Source: Mustelus asterias
Taxonomy: Eukaryota
Assembly: GCF_964213995.1 (NCBI RefSeq)
Contig: NC_135819.1
Location: 62,000,001-62,064,000 of the forward strand
Length of the DNA: 64,000 nt
Direction: 5' to 3'
The notes beneath the pieces were generated by a model. It worked only from the letters and a program-made list of their open reading frames with translations. It searched no databases and was not told the origin of the DNA. This document shows positions 62,570-64,000 of the stretch, piece after piece; the first letter of the stretch is position 1; every line of letters starts with the position of its first letter. A program made the position numbers and the translations under genes.

Positions 62570-64000
62570 GAGATTCAAGGCTAACATTTATTACCCATTC
62601 CAATTGTCCGTTAGAAGTTGATGGAGAGAGTGAACATTTTAAGGTGGCAGATTGAGTGCCTATCAAGCAAGTTGCTTCTATATAGATGGTGTTGATCTTC
62701 ATGAGTATTGTTGAAGCCAGACTCATCCAAGCAACTTGTGTACTCAATCACATTCCTGATCTGTGTTGGACAAGCTTTCGGGAGTCAGGAGATAAGTTAT
62801 CCACCTCTGACCTGCTATTGTAGCCACAGTATTTGGTTAGTGGTAACCCCCAGGTTGTTGATGGTAATGGCATGGGGAAGTGGTTAGATTCACTCTTGTT
62901 GGCGATAGCCATTGCCTGGCATTTGCGTGGCACAAATGTTACTTGCCACTTATCAGCCCAAGCCTGAGTAATGTTCGGGTTTATGGACATGGACTGCTTC
63001 AGAACCTGAGGAGTGACGAATGATACTGAACATTGTCAATGAACATCCCCATTTCTGACCTTGTGCTTGAGGGAATGTCATTAATGAATCAGCCTAGGAC
63101 ACTACCCTGAGGAATTACTTCAGTGATGTTCAGGGGCTGACATGATTGTTTGCCAACAATCACAACCATCTTCCTTAGAGCTAGGTATGACTCCAACCAG
63201 TGGAGAGATTTCCCACTGATTCACATTGATTGTAGTTTTATTTGAGTTCCTTGATGCTACAGGTCAAATTCTGTCTTGATGTCACTCTTGCCACACCTCT
63301 TAAATTCAGTTCTTCTATCCATGTTTGGACCAAGGCTGTAAAGAGGTCAGGAGCCAAGTGGGCCTGGCAGAATCCAAACTAAGCATCGCTGAACAGGTAA
63401 TTTCTCTTAGTGCCATTATATCCCAGTGTTGATGGTCTCTTCCATCACTTTTCTGATGGTCGAGAAAAGATTGGGTCAGTAATTGGCTGTATTAGATTTT
63501 ATCTGCTTTTAGAGACAGGGCATACTTGAAGCAATTTTTCACTTTATCAGATAGCAGTGTTGTCGCTGTACTAGAACAGTTTGGCTATGGGTATGGCTAA
63601 TCCTGGAGCACAAATCTTCAGTACTACTGCAGGGGTGGTGCTGTGACCCGTAGCTAGTATTATCCAGTGCATCAGCTGCTTCATGACATCACATGGAGTG
63701 AAACAAATCAGTTGAACACTGAAATCAGTGATACAGGGGACCCACTCCATAATTCTGGCTAAAGATGGTTGCAAACATGTCAGCCTTGTCTTTTGCACGA
63801 ATATGCTGGGCATAATCGAGGATGGGATATTTGAGAAGCTTCCACCTCTGGTTAGTTTAATTGTCTATTGCCATTCATGACTGGATATGGCAGGGTTGTA
63901 GAGTTCTGATCTGATCCATTGATGGTAGGATTGCTTGGCTCTGTATATCGCATGCTGCTTCCACTGTTCAGCATGCAAGTAATCCTGTGTGGTAGTTTCA
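62570..64000 (-). mobile_element. Old degenerate CR1/L2-group LINE
   Basis: QAWADKWQVTFVPRKCQAM, PAVVLKICAPGLAIPIAKLF; many stops. Confidence 0.75.

Overview
Eukaryotic, repeat-rich vertebrate genomic DNA, almost certainly from a shark or other elasmobranch (HE1-type V-SINEs, Deu-domain SINEs, CR1, L1, Tx1 and Penelope-like remnants). Most ORF-track entries are retroelement debris or chance ORFs. Three spliced genes can be assembled by hand. (1) Choline kinase beta (chkb), minus strand, coding exons 1-8 (40764 down to 1746; the last exons lie left of the window). (2) A complete, intact gene with 4 coding exons (42480-51613, plus strand) for a 171-aa CYTH / triphosphate-tunnel metalloenzyme resembling prokaryotic class IV adenylate cyclase (CyaB)-like proteins rather than THTPA. 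It is head-to-head with chkb across a CCAAT/GC-box-rich CpG island. (3) The first coding exon of mapk8ip2 (JIP2) at 58157-58221, preceded by a split RE1/NRSE site. The CYTH gene sits where human has only the lncRNA CHKB-DT between CHKB and MAPK8IP2, and is the main highlight. The introns contain nested retroelements, hammerhead-ribozyme motifs in Penelope-derived repeats and several long fold-back structures. All calls come from reading the sequence and recalled homology; no searches were run.
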